Of a stretch of 64,000 bases of DNA, positions 53,509 to 62,849 are shown piece after piece. Each line of letters opens with the position of its first letter. Position 1 is the stretch's first letter. The notes beneath the pieces are model-generated. The model ran no database searches. It was given only the letters and a program-made list of their open reading frames with translations, and had not been told where the DNA came from. Location of the stretch: the NCBI GenBank assembly GCA_965205015.1, contig OZ242029.1, positions 1 through 64,000 on the forward strand. The letters are read 5' to 3'. A program made the translations under genes and the position numbers. The DNA comes from Candidatus Poribacteria bacterium (GTDB taxonomy: Bacteria > Poribacteria > WGA-4E > WGA-3G).

Positions 53509-53537
53509 ATGTTAGCAAGGTACAAAAAGTATGTCAA
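53509..53537 (-). promoter_or_regulatory. sigma70-like promoter for the oxidoreductase/PhyH/sulfatase cluster
   Basis: TTGACA-17-TAACAT with TGn on the minus strand. Confidence 0.65.
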
Positions 53538-53596
53538 CGCAAAAGTGGATTTTTTAGGAGAGGTTTCGGGAGGGGATGCATTATCATGGGTTCCTC

Positions 53597-53810
53597 GTAG
53601 GTTGGGTTGAACGGGACTTCACCAGAACCTCGCTGTGCCCCGAAACCCTTGGACATACAAAAGCACATCAATACCCCTAACTCTATAGTGAAACCCAACG
53701 CACGCATTGAAAAGTTGGGTTTCGCTGAGTTTCTGTGATGTGGCAGGATTCTGGTAAAATTAGGGATTTCTTGGGTCTATCCCCGCTTCGGTCTATTCCG
53801 CTCAACCTAG
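53597..53810. repeat. REPIN-like REP doublet
   Basis: GTAGGTTGGGTTGAAC ... GAAACCCAAC ... GTTGGGTTTC ... CTCAACCTAG. Confidence 0.6.
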
Positions 53811-53867
53811 GGGAAACACCCACGCAAAAACATCTACGTCGATCCATGCCAAAAACTTTACACACCC

Positions 53868-53961
53868 AACGGGAAAGTACTTCTGAACGACGAGGACATT
53901 CTCATCACCATCGCAAGGACATCGGTTTCAATCCCCTACGAACGGGAAAGCCCATGTGAAC
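53868..53961 (-). CRISPR. Orphan mini-CRISPR: one 37-nt repeat, one 36-nt spacer, one partial degenerate repeat; AT-rich leader to the right (~53962..54250)
   Basis: Minus-strand repeat GTTCACATGGGCTTTCCCGTTCGTAGGGGATTGAAAC (ATTGAAAC end) at 53925..53961; 17/21 match at 53868..53888. Confidence 0.75.
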
Positions 53962-54345
53962 AGCACTCTTCTTCAGCCCAGTCAGTACGCGGGGCGGTAC
54001 ACACAAAACCAAACGCGAACTGCGCGAGACATTTTTTTCTCAAAAATTTGCCACTAAAATCCCACAACCCCCTACAAACATTAACCCAAACGCGATTTTT
54101 CGGCAAAAGCACCTTGGAAGTAAGGGCACATCTGGATTCGTGGACAATTTAAGCAGCGTCTGCATCCGATTGGTGAATCGCGTTTGTGCTTGTGAAGCGC
54201 ATCTGACCCCTTCTCAATTTGATGAAATGAAACAACCCATCGCACGCATCATTTGAAAATAGATGTCAGACATGCTATCATGTCCACCAAACAACATAAA
54301 CAGGCTTCAAGCCGAAACTTTATCCTCAGAAGGTAAACCTTACGC

Positions 54346-54899
54346 ATGACCTACCGCGATACCTTAGAAAAAATACGGCTTGCTTTCCCGCAACCTATAT
54401 CTGACCCGATCCACGATTCCTACTTTGTACATTCCATCATGCGCGCCTTGGACCAGGTGGATGCCCTTAAAACACATCTACCGATGCTCGGCGGTATCGT
54501 TCCCGGGAACTTTGAGGCAGCACGACAAACAACGCTCCCAGACACGATGTCCTCGGTTGAGGATGTCACTGCTGACCTTGTCAGTTATCTGCAAGGGATG
54601 ACGATCTTCGGACACCCTCGAACCCAGCAAAACGTGATACCCCCGCCGACGATTCCAAGTCTGATTGGTGTGCTTATCGCTTCGCTCTACAACCCCAATA
54701 TCGCCTGGGATGAATATAGTCGTCTGGTGGTGTCGTCATCTCCACAACCGACTGTTACCGGCACACGACTTACGGCGAACCGATTGTCGCATTGAAATCG
54801 TATATCCTCTCCCCGTTCGTCGATGAAACCGACGTGGAGACTGTCGTTGCGAAGGTCTTAGAAGCGAGAGAAAAAGTTGGGTTAGTTCAAACCGTATAA
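54346..54899 (+). pseudogene. PLP-dependent (group II) decarboxylase remnant with internal deletion
   Basis: N-terminal ~128 aa (GHPRTQQNVIPPPT..YNPN..WDEYS) joined out of frame at ~54728 to a C-terminal segment (ALKSYILSPF...KVLEAR*). Confidence 0.7.
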
Positions 54900-54971
54900 A
54901 TTTGCCCTACTACGAACCGGAGTGTTTTCCCAGAAACGTGTATCCTCCAAATATTTACAAGGTATCAAATT

Positions 54972-55172
54972 ATGCCTGAATTCATCACTTCCCCAATATT
55001 TTTGATAATCGCAGCAATACTCGGCATATTTCTCCTAATCGCTATTATCAAAGGCGCGGTCCGTGTCTTCATCTGGATCGCTATTATTGCTGTGATCCTT
55101 ATCGGGCTCGGCATTACCACACAAGCCGAACTCCGCGGGTGGTTCGAGAATCTCCTCAAAAGTATACAGTGA
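54972..55172 (+). CDS. Small two-TM membrane protein
   Basis: 66 aa, two hydrophobic helices, AAGG RBS. Confidence 0.65.
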   Translation: MPEFITSPIFLIIAAILGIFLLIAIIKGAVRVFIWIAIIAVILIGLGITTQAELRGWFENLLKSIQ

Positions 55173-55211
55173 CCGGCAGTGCGACTCAGCGTGTCGTTCT
55201 TCATCCATCTC

Positions 55212-55367
55212 TCAACCCACCTTGCGATCGGATCTGATGCGGTAGTGTCCGTATCCAAACGCGGTGTGATCCCCGATATGGAGATATTCACCGAGAGAAA
55301 TAAACGGCAGAAAAGGTCCCACCTCGCCTTCAAAACGGATAGTTCCGATGAACCCACTCATCGGAAC
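55212..55367 (-). pseudogene. cas6: Cas6 C-terminal fragment
   Basis: MSGFIGTIRFEGEVGPFLPFISLGEYLHIGDHTAFGYGHY matches the Cas6 G-rich loop GhGxxxxxGhG. Confidence 0.8.
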
Positions 55368-55563
55368 CGATGCTTCCGCCATCCCCCCTTCTGGTAACGG
55401 ATAACCGACAACTGAAAACTGACAACGCATTGCTAATTCGCGCTTGTTTTTTTTCGATGTTTGGCGTATAATTAGGCTTAACTGAAAACCTTTATTCACT
55501 TCGTTATTTCAAGAGGACGCTGCAACAACTGGATCGCGCTGATACATCGGAGGCGAGCGGAAA

Positions 55564-58290
55564 ATGGAAACCCGACAGATCGAAAAACAACTCAATCGCT
55601 ATGTCCCAGACCTGGACGTGTCTTTTGACAATTTGCAAAAACAGTTAGCTGCTTTCATTCAAGCGGAGCGAGAACAATTGAAAGCCCGCATCTTGAAAGG
55701 AGAAAATGGGTTCGCAGCCTGCAAAATTCACACGGCGATGTGGGATGCAGTCATTCAGAAAGTCTATGAGGTAGCCTCTTTCCAGATTCGGGATGAATAC
55801 CAGAAGCAGATCGAGGTGCTGAAGCAACTTCCAGATATTGTCATCAACGACTTAGAAACAGAAATGGAGGGATGGCGGCCGGATGTCGCCCTCTATGGGG
55901 TCGGCAGTTACGGCAGAAATGAACTCTGCTATTTTTCGGATGTGGACGTTATTTATACGTCCTCTGTGGACTTAGAGGATATTTACGATGAGAGCACCCT
56001 CGAACTCATCCGATGGTTCTACGACTTTTTTGACAGTCTCCACTCAGTGATTCCAGGGTTTGAGTTCAGCTTTATCTATCGCCCCCTGACAGATGTAGCC
56101 CAATGGAACTATCAGGATATGACGGCGTTGATCGATATGCGGTTTATCGCTGGCGATACATCGTTGACGGAACGCTTCCGGAAAGAGGTCAACTCTGGGA
56201 AATCGGATATTTCGCTTGTGCTGGATCTACTGAAATCAAAAGCAGATGCTTTTGAAGCGTCTGAGGATACGATCTATCTCAATCAACCGAACGTGAAAAC
56301 CGGGCGCGGCGGACTACGTACCCTTCAGTATGCCCTCTGGATATGCGGACTTCCTGATTTTACCTCAATCTCTGAACTCTACGAACGCTACGATGAAGGA
56401 CAGCTCATCTCGTCCCTGGATTTCATGTTCAAGGTGCGGAACCTTCTGCATGTACTCGCCGACGCACCCCATGACGACCTCACCTATCACCCCGAAAAAG
56501 GGGATGCGCTTCAAGCACAGATCGCTCAGGTGCTCGGATTCGCAGATGAAACCGATGAAGGACGCTACGCGTTCATGGCAGAATATTATGCAATGGCAAA
56601 ATTTCTGCATTTCAAAGCAGAACTGCTGATCCGAAAGATGTTAGCCAACGGGATTCCTATCTCAGATGTCCTCGCGGTAAGAACAGACACGCTGTATTGC
56701 ATTGACAATAACTTCGGTGAACTCGATGCAAATGAGCTCTTTACGCTCTTCACTTACTTCCAACAGTACGATTTCGAAATCGATGCATCCCTTGCCACAT
56801 TTATATCTCGGTATGTCCATGCCTTCAACTGGCATTCTTTCCGGAACCGAATGGCAGAGTTGATAAATATGCCGGGGGATGTAGAGAAGACCCTCACACG
56901 TCTGCACAGACTCAATATCCTGTCGCATCTCGGAGAAGGCGGAGAACTCTTTGAAAGGGCGATGATGACACGGAGCGAACGAAGTCTTGACCCGTATACA
57001 GTCGGGAAACATACACTCGTTGCCATTGGGCATCTCGATGAAATTCGCCGAACGGAACCGAGCAGTCCCTTTGGGGGCGGTGGCGGTTTCGGTTCGCCGA
57101 TGGGACCGTCGCCAACCTCTGAATTGGAGGAACTCAACACGGCGTTCCGCTCACTCTCAGATTCGGCACCCCTCTATATGGCACTCTTCCTGCACGATAT
57201 AGACAAACCCGATCCAACCCACCCAGCGACGGGTGCTGAAAAAGCGGAACGCATCGCCCCCGAATTTGGATTCAACGCACAGCAAACGGATGACATTTGC
57301 TTCCTCATTCGGGAACACCTGACAATGATAGAGTTGGCACGCTATCATCACTGGGATGAAAGTACGATCTCCGAATTCTGTAAGAAAGTCAACGCATTAG
57401 AGCGGTTGACGGCTCTGTATCTGCTCACGTATTGCGACTCCAAAGCGAACGGTTCACAGAACTTCAGCCACGTCGTTAAACACAATCTGAAGAGTTTGTA
57501 CGAGGTTGCTCGGACCCGCTTTGTTGGGCAGGAGGAAACGCAGTGGGGTGCCTTCGCACCTGTTGAAGAGTTCCAGCAATTCCTTCACCACATGCCGGTT
57601 TCCTATCGTATTAGTGTTTCTCCTGAAGAGATAGCCATGCACATCAAGATGACCTCACAGGTGTCCGAAGCCGCATCTACAGAAACAGGATCAACACCAA
57701 GCACCGGAATCATCCAATTTGTGGATCGACCCGGGTTTACTGAATTACACCTCTGTAGTCCGAGCCGCATCGGAAAGTTACACACGGTGAGCGGTCTCTT
57801 TTTTGCGAACGGTATAGATGTCCGAGACGCGCGCGTTTATACGAAACAGGATACCAACATCGAATTGGAAATCTATCGGCTTGTTCATCAGCCACCGCAT
57901 CATCGCGGGGAACCGATGCCCCTTGATGAGGAACTCAAACGGGACCTCGATTTTGACATCCGCGGACTTCTCGCAGAAGAGGTGACACTTGAACAGATTT
58001 TTGAGAGACGTTATGTCAATCTCACCGAAACTTGGCAAGTTGACGATGTGAGCGTTGAAACGGCACGTAACTATTCAGAAATTGTCGTCGTCGGTGAAGA
58101 AAAAGTCGGATTTCTTCACTATTTCAGCGGTATCTTAGCACAACTCGGATTGAACGTTGAGATGTGTAAATGCTCAGGATTAGGTGGACAGGCGATTGAT
58201 CGGTTCTACGTTCAACCCGTAGCGGATCCGAAAGCCGTGCACGCCGATATTATGGCGGCACTGGAATCTGAAAATGGAGCGGCATCTTGA
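55564..58290 (+). CDS. glnD: [Protein-PII] uridylyltransferase/uridylyl-removing enzyme
   Basis: GSYGRNEL..SDVD nucleotidyltransferase, PNVKTGRGGLR, YTVGKH/LHDIDK HD domain, two ACT-like domains. Confidence 0.88.
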   Translation: METRQIEKQLNRYVPDLDVSFDNLQKQLAAFIQAEREQLKARILKGENGFAACKIHTAMWDAVIQKVYEVASFQIRDEYQKQIEVLKQLPDIVINDLETEMEGWRPDVALYGVGSYGRNELCYFSDVDVIYTSSVDLEDIYDESTLELIRWFYDFFDSLHSVIPGFEFSFIYRPLTDVAQWNYQDMTALIDMRFIAGDTSLTERFRKEVNSGKSDISLVLDLLKSKADAFEASEDTIYLNQPNVKTGRGGLRTLQYALWICGLPDFTSISELYERYDEGQLISSLDFMFKVRNLLHVLADAPHDDLTYHPEKGDALQAQIAQVLGFADETDEGRYAFMAEYYAMAKFLHFKAELLIRKMLANGIPISDVLAVRTDTLYCIDNNFGELDANELFTLFTYFQQYDFEIDASLATFISRYVHAFNWHSFRNRMAELINMPGDVEKTLTRLHRLNILSHLGEGGELFERAMMTRSERSLDPYTVGKHTLVAIGHLDEIRRTEPSSPFGGGGGFGSPMGPSPTSELEELNTAFRSLSDSAPLYMALFLHDIDKPDPTHPATGAEKAERIAPEFGFNAQQTDDICFLIREHLTMIELARYHHWDESTISEFCKKVNALERLTALYLLTYCDSKANGSQNFSHVVKHNLKSLYEVARTRFVGQEETQWGAFAPVEEFQQFLHHMPVSYRISVSPEEIAMHIKMTSQVSEAASTETGSTPSTGIIQFVDRPGFTELHLCSPSRIGKLHTVSGLFFANGIDVRDARVYTKQDTNIELEIYRLVHQPPHHRGEPMPLDEELKRDLDFDIRGLLAEEVTLEQIFERRYVNLTETWQVDDVSVETARNYSEIVVVGEEKVGFLHYFSGILAQLGLNVEMCKCSGLGGQAIDRFYVQPVADPKAVHADIMAALESENGAAS

Positions 58291-58449
58291 TGGAAAACTC
58301 TTATTCATGCTGATCTTTTTTCTCTATAGAACAAAACGCGTAGCTCGTAACGAAATGGAGAGCGGATATAAGAAAGACATGTCAAAGTTCTGGGGGAAAC
58401 ACCCAAGCAAAAACACCCACACAGTTTAACCGCAAGGAATCATTAAAAA

Positions 58450-59208
58450 ATGAAAAAACGGGTACTTATTACGGGCGCCGCTGGCACAGTCGGCAGCGCG
58501 CTCTGGCAAGCATGGGAAAAACAGGACGCTTACACATTGACGTTGATGGATATTAATCCGATCATCGGTGCAAACTCGCGCGTCGCGCAAGCAGATATCC
58601 GGGACTACGCGGCGATGCAAGAATTGTGCCGCGATCAAGATGTATTGGTGCATCTGGCGTATGTCCGACAAGATTCGCTCGGAAAGGTGCCCGGTGAAGT
58701 CAGCGACATCGGTGCGTCAATGACGCTGTTTGAAGCCGCACGAGAAGGCGGCATTCAGAAGATTATATACGCCAGCACAAATCACGTTTCAGGATGGAAC
58801 GAGCGATTGAATTCGCCGCCTCGGTTCTCAACAGGCGATCAGTTTCGTCCCGATGGTTGGTACGGCGCGATGAAGGGTATGGCAGAGATCGCAGGTCGAT
58901 ATCTCGTTGACGCACACGATATGCGGTTCATCAGCATCCGTATCGGAAGTTTCAACGGCACGTACGAACCGAGTGGGATACGGCACTGTAGCACGTTGCT
59001 GACCCCACGAGACTGTGTGCAACTCTTCGGGCTGGCTGTCGACTACGCGGGACCCGTCAAATATCTGATCACGTACGGACGTTCGGCAAATTCTGATGGG
59101 TATCAGCAGAGCTATCTCGATATAAGCGGGGCGGTTGAGGTACTGGGGTATCAACCGCAAGACAATCTGGTGAAAACGCATCTCCATAAATTTTTGGAGG
59201 AACTGTAA
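58450..59208 (+). CDS. NAD-dependent epimerase/dehydratase (uronate dehydrogenase-like)
   Basis: ITGAAGTVG, YASTNH, RPDGWYGAMK, IRIGS. Confidence 0.88.
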   Translation: MKKRVLITGAAGTVGSALWQAWEKQDAYTLTLMDINPIIGANSRVAQADIRDYAAMQELCRDQDVLVHLAYVRQDSLGKVPGEVSDIGASMTLFEAAREGGIQKIIYASTNHVSGWNERLNSPPRFSTGDQFRPDGWYGAMKGMAEIAGRYLVDAHDMRFISIRIGSFNGTYEPSGIRHCSTLLTPRDCVQLFGLAVDYAGPVKYLITYGRSANSDGYQQSYLDISGAVEVLGYQPQDNLVKTHLHKFLEEL

Positions 59209-59352
59209 AACACGAAGCTACGCTTTCTCCGCAAGGTGAAATTAAAAATGAAGTTTCAAAAACGTTAGCACGTAATGAAATGGAGTGCGGATTTAAGGGA
59301 CCCACGTAAGAATCTAAATGCCCGTTATCTCTCCGCAAGGTAAAATTAAAAA

Positions 59353-60057
59353 ATGCGTGAAAATCCCGACTACAACGACCTTTACTACCAGAATACAACT
59401 GTCCACTCCCAAATCATCGACATCGTAACAGAACGCGTTGTGCCGTTAGGCGAATTTTCTGTGCCGATTGACTGGGAAGCGTTCTTCGGAAACTCGCAGC
59501 CCGTAGAAATAGAGATCGGATCCGGGAAAGGCCGCTTTCTGCTTGAAGCATCAAAACGGCACCCAGAGGTTAACTATATTGGCATTGAACGGGCACAAAA
59601 GTACGTCGCATTGACGCAGGAACGGTTTGAAAAGTACATGCGGCATTTCGGTGTCAATAGAACGTCAGGGACATTCGCAAACGTCCGTCTTGCATGGACG
59701 GATGCCAATTACTTCTTGACACGGTACGTGCCTACGGGATCTGTGCAAGCATATCACATCTATTTCCCAGACCCATGGCCCAAAAAGCGGCAGCGGAAAC
59801 GACGAATTTTTCGGAATCAAGACTTTCTGTCTGCCTTGGCATGCACACTCATTCCCAATAGCGGTAGACTCTATATTGCAACGGATTACGCGGAATACTT
59901 CCAAGAGATTCAGGAGCAGCTTTCCGGTCTATCCCTTCTGCATCCCGTTGCGGCGGATGTGAGTCCGGATCGGGATATCCCAACCAACTTTGAAATGAAA
60001 TACGTTTTGGAAGGTAGAGATATCTATCGGGCGGTTTACGAACGATTTTTGTCTTAG
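59353..60057 (+). CDS. trmB: tRNA (guanine-N7)-methyltransferase
   Basis: EIGSGKG, YFPDPWPKKR, ATDYAEY, TNFEMKY. Confidence 0.93.
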   Translation: MRENPDYNDLYYQNTTVHSQIIDIVTERVVPLGEFSVPIDWEAFFGNSQPVEIEIGSGKGRFLLEASKRHPEVNYIGIERAQKYVALTQERFEKYMRHFGVNRTSGTFANVRLAWTDANYFLTRYVPTGSVQAYHIYFPDPWPKKRQRKRRIFRNQDFLSALACTLIPNSGRLYIATDYAEYFQEIQEQLSGLSLLHPVAADVSPDRDIPTNFEMKYVLEGRDIYRAVYERFLS

Positions 60058-60090
60058 CACGAAACGAAAAACGGAGAAATCCTGGAAACC

Positions 60091-60669
60091 ATGGAAACTG
60101 CTGCGGCACAAGCCCTCTTCACACCTGAAGAATATCTCGCAAGAGAACGGAAGGCACTCACCAAAAGCGAATACCGGGACGGACAGATACATGCAATGCC
60201 GGGGGCGAGTCGTGCCCATAACCTCATCACAGTCCATGTCACTGGTGAACTTTACATACAATTGAGAACACGGACATGTGAAGTATATCCAAGTGATATG
60301 CGGGTGAAGGTGAGTGCTGCGGGACTGTATACCTATCCAGACATTATTGTTGTGTGCGATGAACCGCGTTTTGAAGATTCGCATTTTGATACGCTCTTGA
60401 ACCCGACTGTGCTGATAGAGGTACTTTCTCCGTCAACCGCCGCCTATGATCGGGGCGAGAAGTTTAGACGTTATCAATACCTTGATTCGTTATGTGAATA
60501 TATCCCCATTTCACAAGACAGGGTTCGGGTTGAACACTATTTGCGACGGGAACAGGGGTGGAATTTGACAGAATTTCATTCCTTAGCAGATGTTTGTCAA
60601 CTCACTTCAATCGGGTGTGAGTTATCCTTACAGGCAATTTATGCGAAAGTCCAATTCTCTCGGGGATAG
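60091..60669 (+). CDS. Uma2 family endonuclease
   Basis: Paralog of 8859..9449: GASRAHN, YPDIIVVC, EVLSPST. Confidence 0.92.
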   Translation: METAAAQALFTPEEYLARERKALTKSEYRDGQIHAMPGASRAHNLITVHVTGELYIQLRTRTCEVYPSDMRVKVSAAGLYTYPDIIVVCDEPRFEDSHFDTLLNPTVLIEVLSPSTAAYDRGEKFRRYQYLDSLCEYIPISQDRVRVEHYLRREQGWNLTEFHSLADVCQLTSIGCELSLQAIYAKVQFSRG

Positions 60670-60715
60670 ACACAACTGCTAAAGCGAATCGCAAACCGAC
60701 ACAGGAACATACGAA

Positions 60716-62572
60716 ATGAAGACAGAACAACATGACACTGCTATCCCTGAATTGTGGCAGGCTCTCCCGAATGCCCCAGGGGTTTATCTGATGAAAGCCT
60801 CCGACGGCACTGTCATCTATGTCGGAAAAGCGGTTCGTCTAAGAACTCGCGTACGCTCCTATTTTCGTGAGAAATTTACATCCGCGTTGACCTCACAGAT
60901 GATGCGGTATGTTACCGAGGTGGACTACATTGTCACAGAGACCGAAGTAGAAGCACTGATTTTAGAAAACAATCTGATTAAGGCGCATCAACCGCGCTAC
61001 AATGTGAAACTCAAAGACGATAAACGCTACCCGTATCTACGCGTGACCGTCAACGAACCCTTTCCCCGTATCCACATCACGCGCAAAGCCGAGAACGATG
61101 GGACGCGATATTTCGGACCCTTTGTCCACGTGCGTTCAACCCGCCAGATACTCAAACAGTTGACGAAGTTGTTTCCTATCCGCACGTGTACCCTACCCCT
61201 CGCGGAAGTGGGGAATAGGTATCGGGTGTGCCTCGATTATCACATTGGACGCTGTCCGGGTCCTTGTGCAGATAAGATTGATGTCCCAAACTATGACGAG
61301 ATAGTTCGGAAAGTGTGTCAATTCTTAAGTGGCAACACAGATGCCGTCGTCAAAGAATTAACGGAGCAGATGCAAGCCGCCGCAGAAGCACTCGACTTTG
61401 AGATGGCCGCGAAGTATCGGGATACACTTAAAGACGTTCAACAGGCGATTACAACACAGAACATGGACAGTGTCTCCGCCGCGGATGAGGACGTCATCGG
61501 TATCGCTGCGAGGGCTGATATTGCGTGCGTGCAACTTTTACGGGTGCGCGATGGTAAACTCCTTGAACGTGAACATTACTATCTCAACGATGTGGATCCA
61601 GAATCGCTCGCTGCCGCCTTAAGTGCTTTTATTTCACAGTATTATCAAAACGCCGTTTTTGTGCCAAAAACAGTCGTCCTGCCGATGCCGATTGCGTCGA
61701 TGGAACTCATTGAAAATTGGCTCAGCGAGAAACAGGGGAACCGTGTCGGATTGCATGTTCCGAGGGCAGGGAGACTCCGGAAGTTGCAAATTCTGGCAAC
61801 GAAAAACGCTGAGATCCTTCTGACGCAGCGCGAACAGAACGTGGTAGGGGCTGGGTCACCCAGCCCGTACAGCGGCATGGAGCCAGCACTCGTTGAACTC
61901 CAGGAATTGCTCGGGTTAAAACATCCGCTCCGACGCATTGAGGCGTACGATATTTCCAATCTCGGCGACAGGTTTGCGGTCGGATCCATGGTGGTTTTGG
62001 AAGATGGAAAGCCGGCTTCAGGAGAATACCGGCGGTTCAAGATCCGCTCCGTTAAAGGACAGAACGATTTTGCGATGATGCAAGAGGTCATCACGCGTCG
62101 CTTCCACCGTGCGCTCGCAAACGATGAAAAATTTAATAGCCTGCCAGATTTGATGCTCATTGATGGGGGAAAGGGACAGTTGAGTGCAGCACAAGCCGCT
62201 ATGAAAACCTTCGCATCATCTCGGCTCCCTGATATCCCCTTAATTGCACTCGCAAAGCGAATTGAAGAAATCTTCGTTCCCGGTCAATCGGAACCGATTG
62301 TATTGCGAGAGGATAACCCGACCTTACACATGATCCAACGGTTACGGGATGAAGCGCACCGGTTCGCGGTTACGTACCACCGGCAACTCCGCCAGAAATC
62401 GCTGAGTGTATCGGTGCTTGACGAGATCCCGAACCTCGGTCCGAAGCGGAAACAGGCACTGCTCCAGCATTTCGGTTCAATTGAAGCGATCCGAGCAGCA
62501 AGTTTAGATGGGTTGCTCTCTGTGAAAGGGATTCCACGCAGCGTCGCTGAGCATATTCGGAAGCACCTTTGA
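60716..62572 (+). CDS. uvrC: Excinuclease ABC subunit C
   Basis: GIY-YIG domain (PGVY..IYVGKA), RIEAYDISN, IDGGKGQ, RDEAHRFA, HhH. Confidence 0.97.
   Translation: MKTEQHDTAIPELWQALPNAPGVYLMKASDGTVIYVGKAVRLRTRVRSYFREKFTSALTSQMMRYVTEVDYIVTETEVEALILENNLIKAHQPRYNVKLKDDKRYPYLRVTVNEPFPRIHITRKAENDGTRYFGPFVHVRSTRQILKQLTKLFPIRTCTLPLAEVGNRYRVCLDYHIGRCPGPCADKIDVPNYDEIVRKVCQFLSGNTDAVVKELTEQMQAAAEALDFEMAAKYRDTLKDVQQAITTQNMDSVSAADEDVIGIAARADIACVQLLRVRDGKLLEREHYYLNDVDPESLAAALSAFISQYYQNAVFVPKTVVLPMPIASMELIENWLSEKQGNRVGLHVPRAGRLRKLQILATKNAEILLTQREQNVVGAGSPSPYSGMEPALVELQELLGLKHPLRRIEAYDISNLGDRFAVGSMVVLEDGKPASGEYRRFKIRSVKGQNDFAMMQEVITRRFHRALANDEKFNSLPDLMLIDGGKGQLSAAQAAMKTFASSRLPDIPLIALAKRIEEIFVPGQSEPIVLREDNPTLHMIQRLRDEAHRFAVTYHRQLRQKSLSVSVLDEIPNLGPKRKQALLQHFGSIEAIRAASLDGLLSVKGIPRSVAEHIRKHL
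61844..61870. repeat. 27-nt GTAG-type REP palindrome in-frame within uvrC
   Basis: GTAGGGGCTGGG-TCA-CCCAGCCCGTAC (11/12 bp stem), encoding VGAGSPSPY. Confidence 0.75.
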
Positions 62573-62849
62573 TCCACCGGTCCGCAGCGGTGTGCTGGGC
62601 TGCACGGATGTGGGCAATTTGTTCGACCAGATGCCCGAATTTGTGCAGTTTCAACGTTCGGATCAGCAGCCTACGGTGTTTTTATTTGGCATATTATTTG
62701 CAACATAAACGCTAAAGGCTTACCCGCAAGGAAAAATTAAAACATAAATCAGCCAAAAAACGCAGCCCATAACGAAGGGACGGGCGACTCAAACACAAAA
62801 AGCATCAAGTAACGGAAACGCTAACTTACCCGCAAGGAAAAATTAAAAC

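Noticed and set aside
55212-55499. 95-aa ORF as an intact gene
   Set aside because: Its N-terminal half is translated promoter and heptamer-repeat DNA; only the C-terminal ~50 aa is Cas6-like
57055-57125. Gly/Pro/Ser-rich insert in GlnD (SSPFGGGGGFGSPMGPSPTS) as a repeat insertion
   Set aside because: No match to the repeat families seen here; probably a low-complexity loop
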